A stretch of 64,000 nt of DNA. It comes from an uncultured Candidatus Saccharibacteria bacterium (GTDB lineage: Bacteria; Patescibacteriota; Minisyncoccia; Phycocordibacterales; DATDWN01). The stretch lies in the NCBI GenBank assembly GCA_964507615.1, contig CAZDPS010000002.1:392-64391 (forward strand), written 5' to 3'. Of the stretch, positions 38,286-49,300 are shown one piece after another (within the stretch, counting starts at the first letter, position 1; every line of letters begins with the position of its first letter). Below the pieces are notes generated by a model, which ran no database searches, was not told the DNA's origin, and was given only the letters and a program-made list of their open reading frames with translations. The position numbers and the translations under genes were made by a program.

Positions 38286-38666
38286 ATGCTCGATTTTCAA
38301 CAAAAACGCAAGATTCGCAGTATGGCCTATAGTAGGGTAGTTATAGGTATTCTTTTGCTTGTGGTTTTGTTTATGGCACACTCAACTTGGACTGTTTATA
38401 AGAAAAAAATGGCGAGTGAGGAGATGAAAAATATATCATTACAGAATGTGGAAGATCTTAGGCGGCGCAATAAAGATTTGGAATCTAAAATAAATAGACT
38501 TGATACAACTCCGGGTATAGAAGAGGAAATACGACTAAAGTTCAATGTGGTCAAGGGTGATGAGGATATGGTGGTTATTGTTGATGATGAGGTAAACGGG
38601 GATTCTGCCACAAGTTCTAGTTCTGGTTTTTGGCAAAAGATAAAAAAATTATTTGCCAATGAGTAG
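38286..38666 (+). CDS. FtsB/DivIC-like septum formation initiator (TM + coiled coil)
   Basis: Single TM followed by LRRRNKDLESKINRL...IEEEIRLKFN. Confidence 0.5.
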   Translation: MLDFQQKRKIRSMAYSRVVIGILLLVVLFMAHSTWTVYKKKMASEEMKNISLQNVEDLRRRNKDLESKINRLDTTPGIEEEIRLKFNVVKGDEDMVVIVDDEVNGDSATSSSSGFWQKIKKLFANE

Positions 38667-38729
38667 AATCTTGTAGTCAAATCATTATTCCGATATACTA
38701 GTGAGACATTATTATTTTTTATAAAAAAT

Positions 38730-38963
38730 ATGAAAAAAGTAACCATCTATTCAACACCAACTTGTCACTATTGTAATATGGCTAAGGATTATTTTAATGA
38801 AAATGGCGTAAAATACGACTCTTTTGATGTCGCAAGTGATTTGGACAAGAGAAGGGAAATGATGGAGAAATCTGGACAACTAGGGGTGCCTGTTATAACA
38901 ATAGGCGATGAGGTGGTGGTTGGTTTCGACAGGTCCAGATTGGCGAAGCTCTTGGGGATATAG
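38730..38963 (+). CDS. glutaredoxin-like protein (NrdH/YruB type)
   Basis: YSTPTCHYCNMAKDYF...GVPVITIGDEVVVGF. Confidence 0.8.
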   Translation: MKKVTIYSTPTCHYCNMAKDYFNENGVKYDSFDVASDLDKRREMMEKSGQLGVPVITIGDEVVVGFDRSRLAKLLGI

Positions 38964-38997
38964 TGGGTTAGTTTAAAAAATCTCTTTCTTGTCATGT

Positions 38998-39117
38998 TTT
39001 TTGAGAGCAACCTTTAATTTCCCAGCGGAAATTAAAGGCCAGTCCTCGGTCTCCAGTTGTCAAGAACGGGGTGCCTTGACAACACCATGCTGGAGGCACT
39101 GCGGGGTCTCTCAAAAA
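38998..39117 (+). ncRNA. unclassified structured RNA candidate immediately upstream of tRNA-Arg
   Basis: Closing helix 38998-39007/39108-39117 (10 bp). 12-bp hairpin 39011-39022/39027-39038. Nested 6+8 bp hairpin 39051-39064/39075-39082+39090-39095. GC higher than the flanks. No ORF. Confidence 0.4.
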
Positions 39118-39158
39118 GATACGACTTCGACGAGATTTTTAAAATTAAGTTTAGTTTA

Positions 39159-39233
39159 GCCGTCGTAGTTCAACGGATAGAACAGCCCCGTCCTAAGGGG
39201 TAGATGGAGGTTCAATTCCCCCCGATGGCACCA
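39159..39233 (+). tRNA. tRNA-Arg (anticodon CCU), CCA encoded
   Basis: Manual cloverleaf: acceptor GCCGTCG/CGATGGC, anticodon loop GTCCTAA. One A-C mismatch in the T-stem. Confidence 0.75.
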
Positions 39234-39273
39234 AAATTTTGATTTTTTGCCTTGTTTTTGTTACTATTTACCC

Positions 39274-39540
39274 ATGTCACCAGAAGATAAAGAACTTTTA
39301 CAAAGGAGTGTAGAGCTTGCAGAAGAGAACAATGAAATGTTGCGCGCTATAAGGCGTTCTATGCGTTTTGCGCGCATTATGAGCATATTATACTGGATAT
39401 TTATAATAGGTTCTGCTGTGGGGGCATATTACTTGATTCAGCCGTATATAGATACCTTGGCTGGTGTATATGGAGGTGCCAAGGATGGTTTAGGTAATTT
39501 TAGCTCAGTTCTAAATAGTTTCAACGATTTAAACAAATAA
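39274..39540 (+). CDS. small membrane protein (hypothetical)
   Basis: ATG 39274 in track ORF 39247..39540. One TM (ILYWIFIIGSAVGAYYLI). Confidence 0.5.
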   Translation: MSPEDKELLQRSVELAEENNEMLRAIRRSMRFARIMSILYWIFIIGSAVGAYYLIQPYIDTLAGVYGGAKDGLGNFSSVLNSFNDLNK

Positions 39541-39551
39541 GGTTTTTGTAT

Positions 39552-39627
39552 GCCGAGATAGCTCAGTTGGTAGAGCGCTTCCCTGAAGAGGAATAGGTCC
39601 CCAGTTCGATTCTGGGTCTCGGCACCA
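39552..39627 (+). tRNA. tRNA-Phe (anticodon GAA), CCA encoded
   Basis: Canonical cloverleaf: anticodon loop CTGAAGA, T-arm CCCAG-TTCGATT-CTGGG. Confidence 0.9.
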
Positions 39628-39628
39628 A

Positions 39629-39666
39629 TAAAAAACAAACCACTCAATCGAGTGGTTTGTTTTTTG
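39629..39666. terminator. bidirectional terminator
   Basis: ACAAACCACTC-aatc-GAGTGGTTTGT flanked by an A-run and a T-run. Confidence 0.75.
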
Positions 39667-39676
39667 GAAGTTCTAT

Positions 39677-40156
39677 TTATCCTTTAACTTTTAGTCGGGT
39701 CTGTCTATTCTTGTCTATTTTTGGCAATTTTATTATAAGTAAACCGTGTTTTTCTACGGCCTCTGCTTCTTCCACTTCAACTTCAGCTGGCAACATGATA
39801 GTACGAGAAAAAGATCCCCAGTATAACTCCTGATGGAAATAATCTTCTTCTTTTATAAAGCGTTCCGTCTCCCTCTTTCCTTTTATTGTGACCATATCTC
39901 GAGTAATGGCGATATCCAAATCCTCTGGTTTTACCCCTGCAACCATGCTTTTTATGACTATTTCCGTGGGAGTTTGGTATAGATCTACAGTAAGTTGTCC
40001 TTCTTCAACGGATTCATCATCAAACCAGGCTTCACTACTAGCAGAACCTTTAGTGGGAGGTTTTGCAGGTGTTGTTTCTTCTATTTCTGGTTCTAAAGGT
40101 TCATCCATTTTCATGCTTCCAGTCAGTTTTTCAAAAAACGATCTATTGTCTTTCAT
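39677..40156 (-). CDS. Hsp20/alpha-crystallin small heat-shock protein
   Basis: Alpha-crystallin domain pattern ...FSRTIMLPAEV...GLLIIKLPK. Confidence 0.85.
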   Translation of the reverse strand: MKDNRSFFEKLTGSMKMDEPLEPEIEETTPAKPPTKGSASSEAWFDDESVEEGQLTVDLYQTPTEIVIKSMVAGVKPEDLDIAITRDMVTIKGKRETERFIKEEDYFHQELYWGSFSRTIMLPAEVEVEEAEAVEKHGLLIIKLPKIDKNRQTRLKVKG

Positions 40157-40171
40157 AATTTTGTTTTTAAA

Positions 40172-40909
40172 TTAATTTAGGGGATTGTTAAAAATTTTAT
40201 TCTCTCTTAGGTGTTTTACTTTTTCAAACATTAGAAGCAAAACGATTATTCCAATCCAAACCATTCCGAATACAAGAAAAAGATTTCTATCAGCTCCACT
40301 AATTATAAATAAATTGAACGCAGTATGCAACACAATTGCAATAATCATTCCGGAAATACCATAAATTATTTTTTCATTGCGTGTTCTGTAAAAAGCTAGA
40401 GCGAGCATTATGCCCATAGCACCCGAAGACATGATATGTAAAAGACTTGCACCTATGAATCGCAGATTGCTGTGAACTATCAGGTTCAAAAAATCTCCAC
40501 TAGACACAGATGGTATTAAAAACAGGGTGTTTTCAAATGTTACAAAACCTAGGGCTGATACAATAAGGTATATGATGTCGTCTACTGGTTCATCAGTCAC
40601 TTTTTTATTTCTTAGTGCTATGAAATAAACTAGTCCAAATTTCATTATCTCTTCTATTGCTGCCCAGATGGTAAATGATAGGGCTTGTTGATTTAAAACG
40701 TAGTCATATACTAGTTTTTGAAGTGGTAATACAAAAAGTACCGCAAGCATTCCACCTAAAAAGGACAGAGTAATCATTTTTGCTGGTTCCGGATGCATAT
40801 CTTCTTTAAGCCAAAACCAAAGCCAGATTAGGGCGGGCAGTAATCCGAGTACAAAAGCTAGAAAAAATGGATATTTCTGTAGAAAATTTAAGATAGTATC
40901 TAAAGGCAT
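40172..40909 (-). CDS. PrsW-family intramembrane metalloprotease
   Basis: AAIEEIMKFG (EExxK) and HTAFN motifs. Polytopic. Confidence 0.65.
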   Translation of the reverse strand: MPLDTILNFLQKYPFFLAFVLGLLPALIWLWFWLKEDMHPEPAKMITLSFLGGMLAVLFVLPLQKLVYDYVLNQQALSFTIWAAIEEIMKFGLVYFIALRNKKVTDEPVDDIIYLIVSALGFVTFENTLFLIPSVSSGDFLNLIVHSNLRFIGASLLHIMSSGAMGIMLALAFYRTRNEKIIYGISGMIIAIVLHTAFNLFIISGADRNLFLVFGMVWIGIIVLLLMFEKVKHLRENKIFNNPLN

Positions 40910-43020
40910 TAATTGTTTTTATTTGGCCATTGTGTGACCATTAATAACTCTTTTTTATCCATATTTTGCCAAATCTCTTCTGTAATAAAAGGCATGAATG
41001 GGTGGAGAAGTTTTAGAGATGTTTCTAGTATGTGACGGAGTGTGTATTGTGTAGATTTTACCGCGCTCAGGTTTTCATTTTTTAGTTTGTTTTTTGACTC
41101 TTCTATTATTTTATCAGCAAAGGTGTGCCAAACATAATGGTAAATTTTTTCTGCAGCAAGATAAAACCTATATTCGTTCATATCTTTAGTAGTATCTTCT
41201 ACCAAGGAATCAAGTTCAGTCAGGTTTTCAGCATCATTTTCCTCAATTTTTTCAGGTTTCTTACCATCCCAATTTTCGGTACTAGATAGAACAAATCTGG
41301 TTATGTTCCAAATTTTATTTGCGAAGTGTTTATATGCTTTAACCTTATCTTCCTGGAGTGCCAAGTCTGTTCCTGGAGTATTTCCAACAATAAGAGCCAT
41401 ACGTAACGCATCAGTTCCATATTTTTCTGTTAGATCTAATGGATTGACAACATTTCCTTTTGATTTACTCATCTTCTTGCCTTTGCTGTCATTTACCATT
41501 CCATTTAAATAAACTGTATGAAAAGGAGCCTTACCAGATAAATACAATCCAAAAATAACCATTCGTGGAATCCATTTGAATATTAGGTCTTGTCCAGTTT
41601 CCATAACATCTGTCGGGTAATATGTATTGAAATCTTTTTCATCAGGAAATCCGGTCATCATAAGTGGCCATTGCCCACTAGAAAACCAAGTATCAAAGGT
41701 ATCAATATCTCTCTGCCAACCTTCTCCTTCTGGTTTCACTATACTTGCTACAACTTTCTCTTCATTAAACCATGCAGGAATAGGTATACCCCAAACAATC
41801 TGGCGGGAGATATTCCAATCAATGGTATTGTTCATCCAATATCTAAATATTTTCTCATAGTTATCAGGAATAAATTTTATATCACCTTTATTCACTGATT
41901 CTATTGCCATTTTAGCTAGGGGCTCCATTTTTACAAACCACTGATCTTTTATTTGTGGTTCTATGATGGTGTTACACTTATAGCACTTTTTAATTACATT
42001 TTTGTATTTGTCGTCTATTCGTACGAGGAGGCCTTTTGAGTTTAGTTTCTCTACAATTTTAGGACGAGCATCCTTTATGTTCATTCCAGCAAACTCTTCT
42101 GCAATAGGAAGAAGTCTCCCGCGCCAATCAATGATTTGCTCTATTTCTAGGTTGTACTTTTGTGCAAGTTCAAAGTCCACCTGTGAATGCCAAGGTGTAA
42201 TAGTCATAACTCCAGTACCGAATTCCATATCAACCACTGGATCTTTTATAATAGTTGCCTCAATGGGTCCGTTTATCCATTCAACCGTCATTTTTTGACC
42301 GTGCGTGTACTCTGCGTATCTCTTATCGTCAGGATGCATAACAACATATTTATCTCCAAATTTGGTTTCAGGTCTTACAGTGCCTATTTCAAATGGGCCG
42401 TATTTAAAATAGTAAAAAGGAGATGATTCTTCAGATGATTCTGTTTCTACTTCAGATAGGGAAGTTTGGTGTTTTGAACACCAGTTGATTGCTCTCTTAC
42501 CACGATAAACTAATCCCTCGTTAAACATTTTTATAAATGTTTTTTGAGTTTTTTCTACCACAACTTTGTCTAAGGTAAATTTTTCGCGGGACCAATCACA
42601 AGAGGCTCCAAGTGATCGTACTTGCGTCTCCATATTTTTTTTGTTCTCTAATGTAAAATCAAGTATTTCTTTATACAGTGCATCTGGGTCCATTCCAAAT
42701 CTTGAGCGACCTTCTTTTTCTAATTTTTTTTCATACACAACTTGTGTTTCAAAACCTGCGTGATCTGCACCAGGAAGCCATACTGTTCTAAATCCGCACA
42801 TTCTTTTGTAACGGATCATCGTGTCTTCAATAGTAATAACAAGAGCATGACCTGCGTGTAGGTTGCCGTTGGCATTTGGAGGAGGCATTATCATCGTAAA
42901 ACGTTCGGCATCGGGGTTCTTGGAGTTATCTGGGTTAAAAAAACCACTATCTTCCCAAAGTTTATATATATTTCCTTCAGTATTTTTTGGATTATACGGC
43001 GACAAGAATACATCTTTCAT
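40909..43020 (-). CDS. valS: valine--tRNA ligase, compact form (703 aa)
   Basis: PPPNANGNLHAGHAL (HIGH region), KMSKSKGN, ValRS-like N-terminus. The stop overlaps the PrsW start (TAATG). Confidence 0.75.
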   Translation of the reverse strand: MKDVFLSPYNPKNTEGNIYKLWEDSGFFNPDNSKNPDAERFTMIMPPPNANGNLHAGHALVITIEDTMIRYKRMCGFRTVWLPGADHAGFETQVVYEKKLEKEGRSRFGMDPDALYKEILDFTLENKKNMETQVRSLGASCDWSREKFTLDKVVVEKTQKTFIKMFNEGLVYRGKRAINWCSKHQTSLSEVETESSEESSPFYYFKYGPFEIGTVRPETKFGDKYVVMHPDDKRYAEYTHGQKMTVEWINGPIEATIIKDPVVDMEFGTGVMTITPWHSQVDFELAQKYNLEIEQIIDWRGRLLPIAEEFAGMNIKDARPKIVEKLNSKGLLVRIDDKYKNVIKKCYKCNTIIEPQIKDQWFVKMEPLAKMAIESVNKGDIKFIPDNYEKIFRYWMNNTIDWNISRQIVWGIPIPAWFNEEKVVASIVKPEGEGWQRDIDTFDTWFSSGQWPLMMTGFPDEKDFNTYYPTDVMETGQDLIFKWIPRMVIFGLYLSGKAPFHTVYLNGMVNDSKGKKMSKSKGNVVNPLDLTEKYGTDALRMALIVGNTPGTDLALQEDKVKAYKHFANKIWNITRFVLSSTENWDGKKPEKIEENDAENLTELDSLVEDTTKDMNEYRFYLAAEKIYHYVWHTFADKIIEESKNKLKNENLSAVKSTQYTLRHILETSLKLLHPFMPFITEEIWQNMDKKELLMVTQWPNKNN

Positions 43021-43317
43021 TTATTTAGAATATCACAACAGCTCAATATGTGGTAGTTCCAATTATTTAAAACAAATTAGGCAACTTACTTATATAAAAG
43101 ACATGTCCTTTATACTATTATCAAAATGTCCTTTTAAATACTTTTTCAGATAAGACATATTTAGCAATGTTAAAATAAAAATAAAAAAAGTATTTTTTAT
43201 TATAAAGGACATAGTCTAAAAATATGGCTATAAATAATGATATAATGATAAACACCACTTTTTGCTTGCTATTGACATTTTTTTTTAAATAAGTATGCTG
43301 TTGTGATAATAAAAAAA

Positions 43318-46300
43318 ATGAATTCAAACGCAAAAAAGATATCAAATTATTTAGTATTGTTCCCAATGTTGTTTTTAGCCACGTTTTTCTTTTTTAATAT
43401 TAAAACAACTATTGCTGAATCTGGGACTTTTGAGTTTGATGGTCCCTTTCCTATAACAATGAGTTACTCAGGATTGACTCCTGGTGAATGTGATAATGGG
43501 ATTGAAAATCCTCTTTTGAATATTGATGCTTCGAATACTACTGATGATAGTTATCGTATTGTGTACGCTGTTTTTCACAATGGTGTAGCTGGATGTGAGC
43601 CTGCTTTTGATACATACGATTTGTCGGGATTTTCAATTACAGGAAAAACAGAATTTGCCGCAAAGGAGAGTGGTCATTTTGATGTAACTTTTGATTCATC
43701 AACCTACTCATGTGGGCGTGTTCAATATGATGTTGGATATCTTAATACTACTACAGGTGAGGTCACTCTTTTTATAGGGCAGGTTATTAACTATGGAGTT
43801 GATTGTGCTAATCCTCCTCCAGTAACATCAGTTTGTACAGAAAATGCATCTGTTGTTGTGACGAGCCCACTTCCATCTGTAATGACTCCTGGCCAAACAT
43901 ATAATTTTACAGTTAAGTCCACAAATACTGGAAACACAAAATGGTATCATGGTAGTTATTTTGAGTTATCTAACAAATCTGGAAACTTAACTATAAATCC
44001 AACATATGGTCATCTGCCATATGCTATGGATGTTAATGATTATAATAGTTGGACTTTCAGTGTCGTGGCACCTTCTGTACCGGGGAATTATTCTCTTGAT
44101 TTTCAAATGAAGCACAAAGCTGGAGCAGATTATATAAAATCAGACGGAAACACTTGCGCAGCTCCTTCAGTAGATACATTTTTTGGTAATTCAGTTACTT
44201 TAAATAGTTCTGTGGTTGCTGCTCCGACTTATACTTTAATGACAACACTGTCTGGTACAGGCTCGGGGACAGTTACGGGAGCTGGTACATACAGTTCTGG
44301 TGTAAATGCTACTGTGACAGCTTCACCAAGTGAGGGGTCTACATTTACTGGTTGGGGTAATAATTGTTCTGGAACAAACTTGGTTACACAAATTGTAATG
44401 AATAGTAATAAGATATGTGTAGCTACATTCAATCTAAATACATACACAATAACTGCAGTTTCTGGTGCGAATGGTTCAGTCACTCCAGCTGGTGTGACCA
44501 CTAAAAACTATGGAACAAGTCAGGTGTACACGATTACTCCTACAACAAACTACCGTGTCTCTGATGTGGTTGTTGATGGTGTTTCTGTGGGTGCAGTAAA
44601 CACATATACATTTTCAAATATAAAAGCTAATCATGTTATCGGAGCTTCGTTTGATATAAATCAATTTACTCTTACTTTGAATAGGGCGGGTACTGGTTCA
44701 GGAACAGTTACAGGAGCGGGTACATATAATTCTGGTGTGACAGCTGTGCCAAGCGCTACAGCAAATTTTGGTTCTATATTCACTGGATGGAGTGGTGATT
44801 GTAATGCAACAAGTGGACAAGTTGTAATGAATTCCAACAAAACATGTACTGCTAATTTCAATTTGGTATCAGCCATCACAGCTTCACTTTCTGCTAATCC
44901 AACAGCAATGACTCTTCCAACAAATTCAACAACAATTACTTGGACAACAACAGGTAACCCAACAAGTTGTGTGGCAGGAGGAGCATGGTCAGGATCGAAA
45001 TCTGTATCTGGTGGTTCTCAAGTTATAACAGGATTAACAGTTGGAACTCATACATTTAATATTTTATGTTCAAAAACTGGAACAGCTGATACGTCTTCTT
45101 CTGTGACTGTGACGGTCTCTCCTGTAGCAGAAGTGAACTACATGCTAATTATAAACAAAGTTGGCACAGGTACTGGAGTAGTTGATGGTGCTGGGACATA
45201 TCTTCAGAACACAATAGGCAGAGCGAGCGCCACTGCCAACATAGGATCAACTTTTGTTGGTTGGGGTGGTGATTGTGATGTAAATGGTCAAGTTCTGATG
45301 AACGGCAATAAGACTTGTATAGCCACATTTAATTTAAATACATATACAATTACAGCTACTTCAGGTGCGAATGGTACAACCACTCCATCTGGAGTGACAA
45401 CAAAAAACTACGGAACAAATCAAATCTACACAATAACTCCATCTCTCCATTATCATGTGGCAGATGTAATTGTTGATGGTGTTTCTGTGGGTGCAGTAAA
45501 CACATATACATTTTCAAATATAAAAGCTAATCACTCAATTAGTTCAACTTTTGCAATAGACCAATTTAGATTGACTTTAAACAAAGCAGGTACTGGTACT
45601 GGTATAGTGAATGGTGCTGGTTTGTACAATTGGGGTACTGTCGTTACACCAGGAGTAGTGGCAAATCCAGGATCGGTATTTACTGGATGGAGTGGAGATT
45701 GTGATGTAAATGGTCAAGTTGTGATGACAGAAGATAGAACTTGTACTGCAAACTTCAATCTAATTTCTGCAATAGTAGTTTCTTTGGAAGCAACCCCAGA
45801 CTCAATGACTCTTCCAACAAATTCAACAACAATTACTTGGACAACAACAGGTAACCCAACAAGTTGTGTGGCAGGAGGAGCATGGTCAGGATCGAAATCT
45901 GTATCTGGTGGTTCTCAAGTTATAACAGGATTAACAGTTGGAACTCATACATTTAATATTTTATGTTCAAAAACTGGAACAGCTGATACGTCTTCTTCTG
46001 TGACTGTGACGGTAGCAAATTATCTTCCACCTACAGTAACTCTTACAGCAAATCCAACCGACATTGCATACAACGCATCATCAACTCTAAATTGGGTTTC
46101 AACAAATTCAAATTCTTGTGTTGCTAGTGGTGATTGGACAGGCAACAGAACACTAACAGGCAGTGAAATTGTTAACAATTTAACTTCTAACAAACTTTAT
46201 ACAATAACTTGTACGGGTTTAGGTGGTGTTGCTTCTTCTTCCGCACAGGTTACGGTAGCAAGTATGCCAATAGCCAACCTATCAATATTAAAAACTGCAG

Positions 46301-49300
46301 ACAAGTCTACAGCAAATGTAGGTGATACGGTTACATATACACTAACACTGACAAACAATGGTCCAGACAATGCAACAGAAGTAACGGTTATAGATATTTT
46401 AAACTCTGGTCTTAACTTTATTTCAGCATCCTCAACTTCTGGAACATATTCCACTTCAACTGGTGTTTGGACAATTGGAAACCTAAAAAATGCTTCTACT
46501 ACCACTCTTACATTGGTAACCACAATCAGGTCCGGTCTTGAAGGACAAACTATACCAAACACAGCAATAGCTTCGTCTACACAAAACGATCCTACACCAG
46601 GAAACAATACTTCTACTATTAATGTGGTGGTCAATGAAATAATTATACCTACAAATCACGCTCCAGTTATTACTCTCGTTGGACTAAATCCTGCATCTGT
46701 TAATTTAGGAGAAGTTTATCTTGATCCAGGTGCGACAGCCCTAGATCAAGAAGATGGTGATATAACAGACAAGATTGTTGCTACAAGCACTGTGAACACA
46801 GCAGTGGTTGGTTCATACACTGTAATCTATAATGTCTCTGATTCTAAAGGATTGGCAGCCGTACCAGTATCAAGGACAGTAAATGTCCTTGACAATACAC
46901 CAGATACTAAGGGAAGGATAACTTTCTGTATGGTGATCGCTGACAATGATAACAAGATAGCAACATCTTCTTATGGGTTACCATCAGGTACTTTCTCTCT
47001 AGGTCTTGCTACAACAACAAATATAGCTAGTTCTACTATTTATACAAAAAACTGGAATACAAACACATTTTCACCAAACAGACAGTTTATATTGAACGTT
47101 TCAGATGCTGATTGTGTTACATATGACAATTTGGATCTAGGTAGTTATTATTACCCTGAACTGTTTGTTACTGGATCTTCTTTTGCAACAACAACATATA
47201 ACGATCAATACACACAACCTGTAAATAATATTTTTGACTTCTTTGTTTATAGTCCAGAATTATTTACAGCAACAACTACAGATGATAGTAATCGAAATCT
47301 TAACTCAGACGGACACATCACTTTGGTAGAAGGTTATGCTGATAAAACTTTGGTTTTGTTAGTAAAAAGTCTTCCTGTAGTTCCAGATTCATCAAATCTA
47401 TCAATTACAAAGACTGCGGATAAGTCTACGGCAAATGTAGGTGATACAGTCACATACACACTAATACTGACAAACAATGGTCCAGTAAACGCAACTGGAG
47501 TTGTGGTTACAGATATTTTACACTCAGGCCTAAATTTTGTTTCAGCATCTTCAACTTCAGGAACATATGCTACATCAACTGGTATTTGGACAGTTGGAAA
47601 TTTGAATAATAGTGCGACAACAACTCTTACACTTGTAACTAAAATAAAATCCGGTCTTGAAGGACAAACAATACCAAACACAGCTACGACCACAGCTACA
47701 CAAAATGATCCTACACCTGGAGACAATACTTCTACGGTAAATGTTGTTGTAAACAGTAATCCTCCATGTACAGTAAATTGTGGTGGTAATCCAACATCAA
47801 ATCTTTCTATTACAAAAACCGCAGATAAGTCTACAGCAAACGTAGGTGATACAATTACCTACACAATAACACTCGTAAATAACGGACCAGATAATGCCAC
47901 AGGGGTTAGTGTCACAGACATTTTTGATTCCAGATTAAATTTTGTCTCAGCTACTTCAACTTTGGGTAGTTACGCTACATCAACAGGAATTTGGACAATT
48001 GGAAATCTAAACAACGCTTCTTCAACTACCCTTACATTAGTAGCTACAGTTAAAGATGGTAACCAAGGTCAAAGAATACCGAATACTGTTACAGTCACTT
48101 CTACACAAACAGATCCTGCACCTGGTGACAATACAACGACGTTTAATGTCGATATAAATAATCCTAATCCTCCATGCACAGTGAATTGTGGTGGTGGAGG
48201 AGGAGGTGGTGGTGGTAATGGACCAATCACACCAAACAATCTAACTATATTTAATGAGCAAGTTGTAGAGACAGTTCCAGGTGTAGCATTCGTGTCATGG
48301 AATACAAATCTTCCAGCTACCAGGAGAGTTGTTTATGGAAACACATCTAATCCAGTAGTGGGAAGTGCTCCAAACTATGGGTATACTAATTCCACAGAAA
48401 TAGTATCTTCACCTCTTCTAACAGCACATGGAATGGTTGTTGGTGTTGAGGCAAACAAGACATATTATTTCAGAGAAATATCTACTGACATACTAAATGG
48501 TATAACTCGAACAGCTATTGGAAAAGAATTAGTGCTTAACCCAGGAAACCCAAATACTTCTACATCATGTTATTACCTATATGATTATCTAAGAAAAGAT
48601 TTTAACAATAATCCTGTCGAAGTAAGAAAACTACAGGTATTCCTGCGTGATCTAGAAGGATTTTCTACGGTTCAGGTTACTGGTGTGTACGATGACCAAA
48701 CAATAGTTGCTCTAGATGCATTCCAAGAAAGATACAAGGGAGACATACTAACTCCGTGGGGACACACAGAACCTACAAGTTACACATATATTCTTACAAA
48801 GAAAAAAGTAAATGAAATATATTGTAAAATGGCTTTCCCTGTTAATACTCAACAACAACAAGAGATTGATAGTTATAAAGCATTCTTACTTGGTTTGAGA
48901 AGTGCAGGTATTATATTGCCAGTAGATGTCACTGTACCTCCTACAAATAATTCTACAACACCAGTAGCAACATCGACCCTCCCTCTTCTAAACGATATTA
49001 TCGGTTTGGGTACGAGTACAAAATCAGAAAATACAACGCTTGCAGGAGTTTCTACTACAACTATGTCAAAATTTACAGCCAATATATTATCAGCTTGGAA
49101 TAAAATAGGGAGTTGGACAGGGCTTAGTTGTGAAGCAGGTTCAGGTGTTAGTTGTTCATGCAGATTCATAAACTGGATTCTAATAATAATAATCGCTATA
49201 ATTTCATATCTTTGGTATAGAGAAAGACAGCAAAATAAAAACATAGAAGATATAAACAAGGAGATTGATCTAAATAAAGAAAAAGAGATAGATCTAGAAT

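Noticed and set aside
38998-39117. Structured segment as TPP riboswitch or 5S rRNA
   Set aside because: The GGGGTGCC and CCAGCGG elements are in the wrong order and CUGAGA is missing. None of the 5S conserved loops (CCGAAC, GAAGUGAAAC, AGUAGG) is present.
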